In this document: piece by piece, positions 62,601 to 64,000 of the stretch | Numbering within the stretch: the first letter of the stretch is position 1 | Layout of the letters: each line of letters starts with the position of its first letter | Origin: Auanema rhodensis | Lineage: Eukaryota > Animalia > Nematoda | Direction: 5' to 3' | Length of the DNA: 64,000 nt | NCBI GenBank assembly: GCA_964057225.1 | Contig: OZ059899.1 | Location: 20,708,001 to 20,772,000, forward strand | Translations under genes and position numbers: made by a program | The notes under the pieces: model-generated | Told to the model about the DNA's origin: nothing | Database searches by the model: none | Seen by the model: the letters and a program-made list of their open reading frames with translations, nothing else

Positions 62601-64000
62601 TTTTGCTAAATTATTTTGAAATTTTTCGAAAAAATTTTTGTCAAAATGTTTTTGGAAGCAATGTTGAGTGTACATGGAATCTCAACATACACTAAGGCAT
62701 CATTTTTCAAACGATCATAACTAATTTTTGTATTAAGCGTTTCTCAATGTAGTATAGTGCTTTCGATGCGGATTTTTAAGTTGCGTCGATCTGTGTTATC
62801 AGATTTGCGCTAGCTTAAAAATGCACCGAGATATCAACTGATATAAGTTCACACTTATATCCTCGATTTTCACCCTGAAGAATTAATTTTTTCGTTGAAT
62901 AACTTTGTCCATCGTCTTTGCCTTGAAAAAAGGAATCTAAAAACATCTACTATTTGCGAAATTATTTTGAATTTTTTCGGAAACATTTTTGTCAAAATGT
63001 TTTTGGAAGCAATGTTGAGTGTACATGGAAACTCAACATACACTAATGCATCTTTTTTCAAACGATCATAACTAATTTTTGTAATAAGCGTTTCTCAATG
63101 TTGTATAGTGCATTCGATGCGGATTTTTAAGCTGCGTCGATCTGTGTTATCAGATTTGCGCTAGCTTAAAAATGCACCGAGATATCAACTGATATAAGTT
63201 CACACTTATATCCTCGATTTTCACATTGAAGAACTAATTTTTTCGTTGAATAACATTGTCCATCGTCTTTGCCTTGAAAGAAGGAATCTAAAAACATCTA
63301 CTTTTTGCTAAATTATTTTGAAATTTTTCGAAAAAATTTTTGTCAAAATGTTTTTGGAAGCAATGTTGAGTGTACATGGAATCTCAACATACACTAAGGC
63401 ATCATTTTTCAAACGATCATAACTAATTTTTGTATTAAGCGTTTCTCAATGTAGTATAGTGCTTTCGATGCGGATTTTTAAGTTGCGTCGATCTGTGTTA
63501 TCAGATTTGCGCTAGCTTAAAAATGCACCGAGATATCAACTGATATAAGTTCACACTTATATCCTCGATTTTCACCCTGAAGAATTAATTTTTTCGTTGA
63601 ATAACTTTGTCCATCGTCTTTGCCTTGAAAAAAGGAATCTAAAAACATCTACTATTTGCGAAATTATTTTGAATTTTTTCGGAAACATTTTTGTCAAAAT
63701 GTTTTTGGAAGCAATGTTGAGTGTACATGGAAACTCAACATACACTAATGCATCTTTTTTCAAACGATCATAACTAATTTTTGTAATAAGCGTTTCTCAA
63801 TGTTGTATAGTGCATTCGATGCGGATTTTTAAGCTGCGTCGATCTGTGTTATCAGATTTGCGCTAGCTTAAAAATGCACCGAGATATCAACTGATATAAG
63901 TTCACACTTATATCCTCGATTTTCACATTGAAGAACTAATTTTTTCGTTGAATAACATTGTCCATCGTCTTTGCCTTGAAAAAAGGAATCTAAAAACATC
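41608..64000 (-). repeat. Same 351-bp satellite in inverted orientation, arm 2 (~64 monomers, more variable subfamily; runs off the window end)
   Basis: Reverse-complement monomers; ORF spacing 44267 to 63572 is exactly 55 x 351. Confidence 0.98.

Noticed and set aside
11683-63763. About 120 near-identical 63-aa ORFs (MK[K/N]DALVYVEFPC...) as a tandem gene family
   Set aside because: They begin at TTG rather than ATG, consist largely of A/T-tract codons (K/F/I/N), are broken by stops in many arm-2 monomers and show mostly non-synonymous variation. They are a by-product of the satellite.
11365-64000. CRISPR array or tandem RNA-gene cluster (5S, SL RNA, tRNA, snRNA)
   Set aside because: There are no unique spacers and no cas genes, the context is eukaryotic, and I recognise no 5S, SL1 or tRNA motifs in the monomer.

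Overview
Eukaryotic (invertebrate, plausibly nematode) heterochromatin-like DNA with two components. (1) 1-11364: a nearly complete Ty3/Gypsy LTR retroelement on the + strand (5' LTR cut by the window start) with unusual gag-ENV-pol order. A glycoprotein resembling herpesvirus gB/class III fusogens, with an internal signal peptide, two furin-type sites, a mucin-like insert and a TM anchor, is embedded between Gag and protease-RT-RNaseH-integrase in what reconstructs as one ~2,900-aa polyprotein. In this copy it is broken by two in-frame stops and one frameshift, all inside env. The LTRs are ~337 bp, differ at 2 of 241 comparable positions, have non-canonical CG...CG termini and are followed by a tRNA-Gln-type PBS. 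(2) 11365-64000: a 351-bp AT-rich tandem satellite (~150 monomers) that the element's 3' end abuts mid-monomer. About 86 monomers run in one orientation, then there is an abrupt inversion at ~41607 and ~64 monomers of a distinct variant subfamily run in the opposite orientation, with local higher-order duplications. The ~120 repeated 63-aa ORFs are by-products of the satellite.
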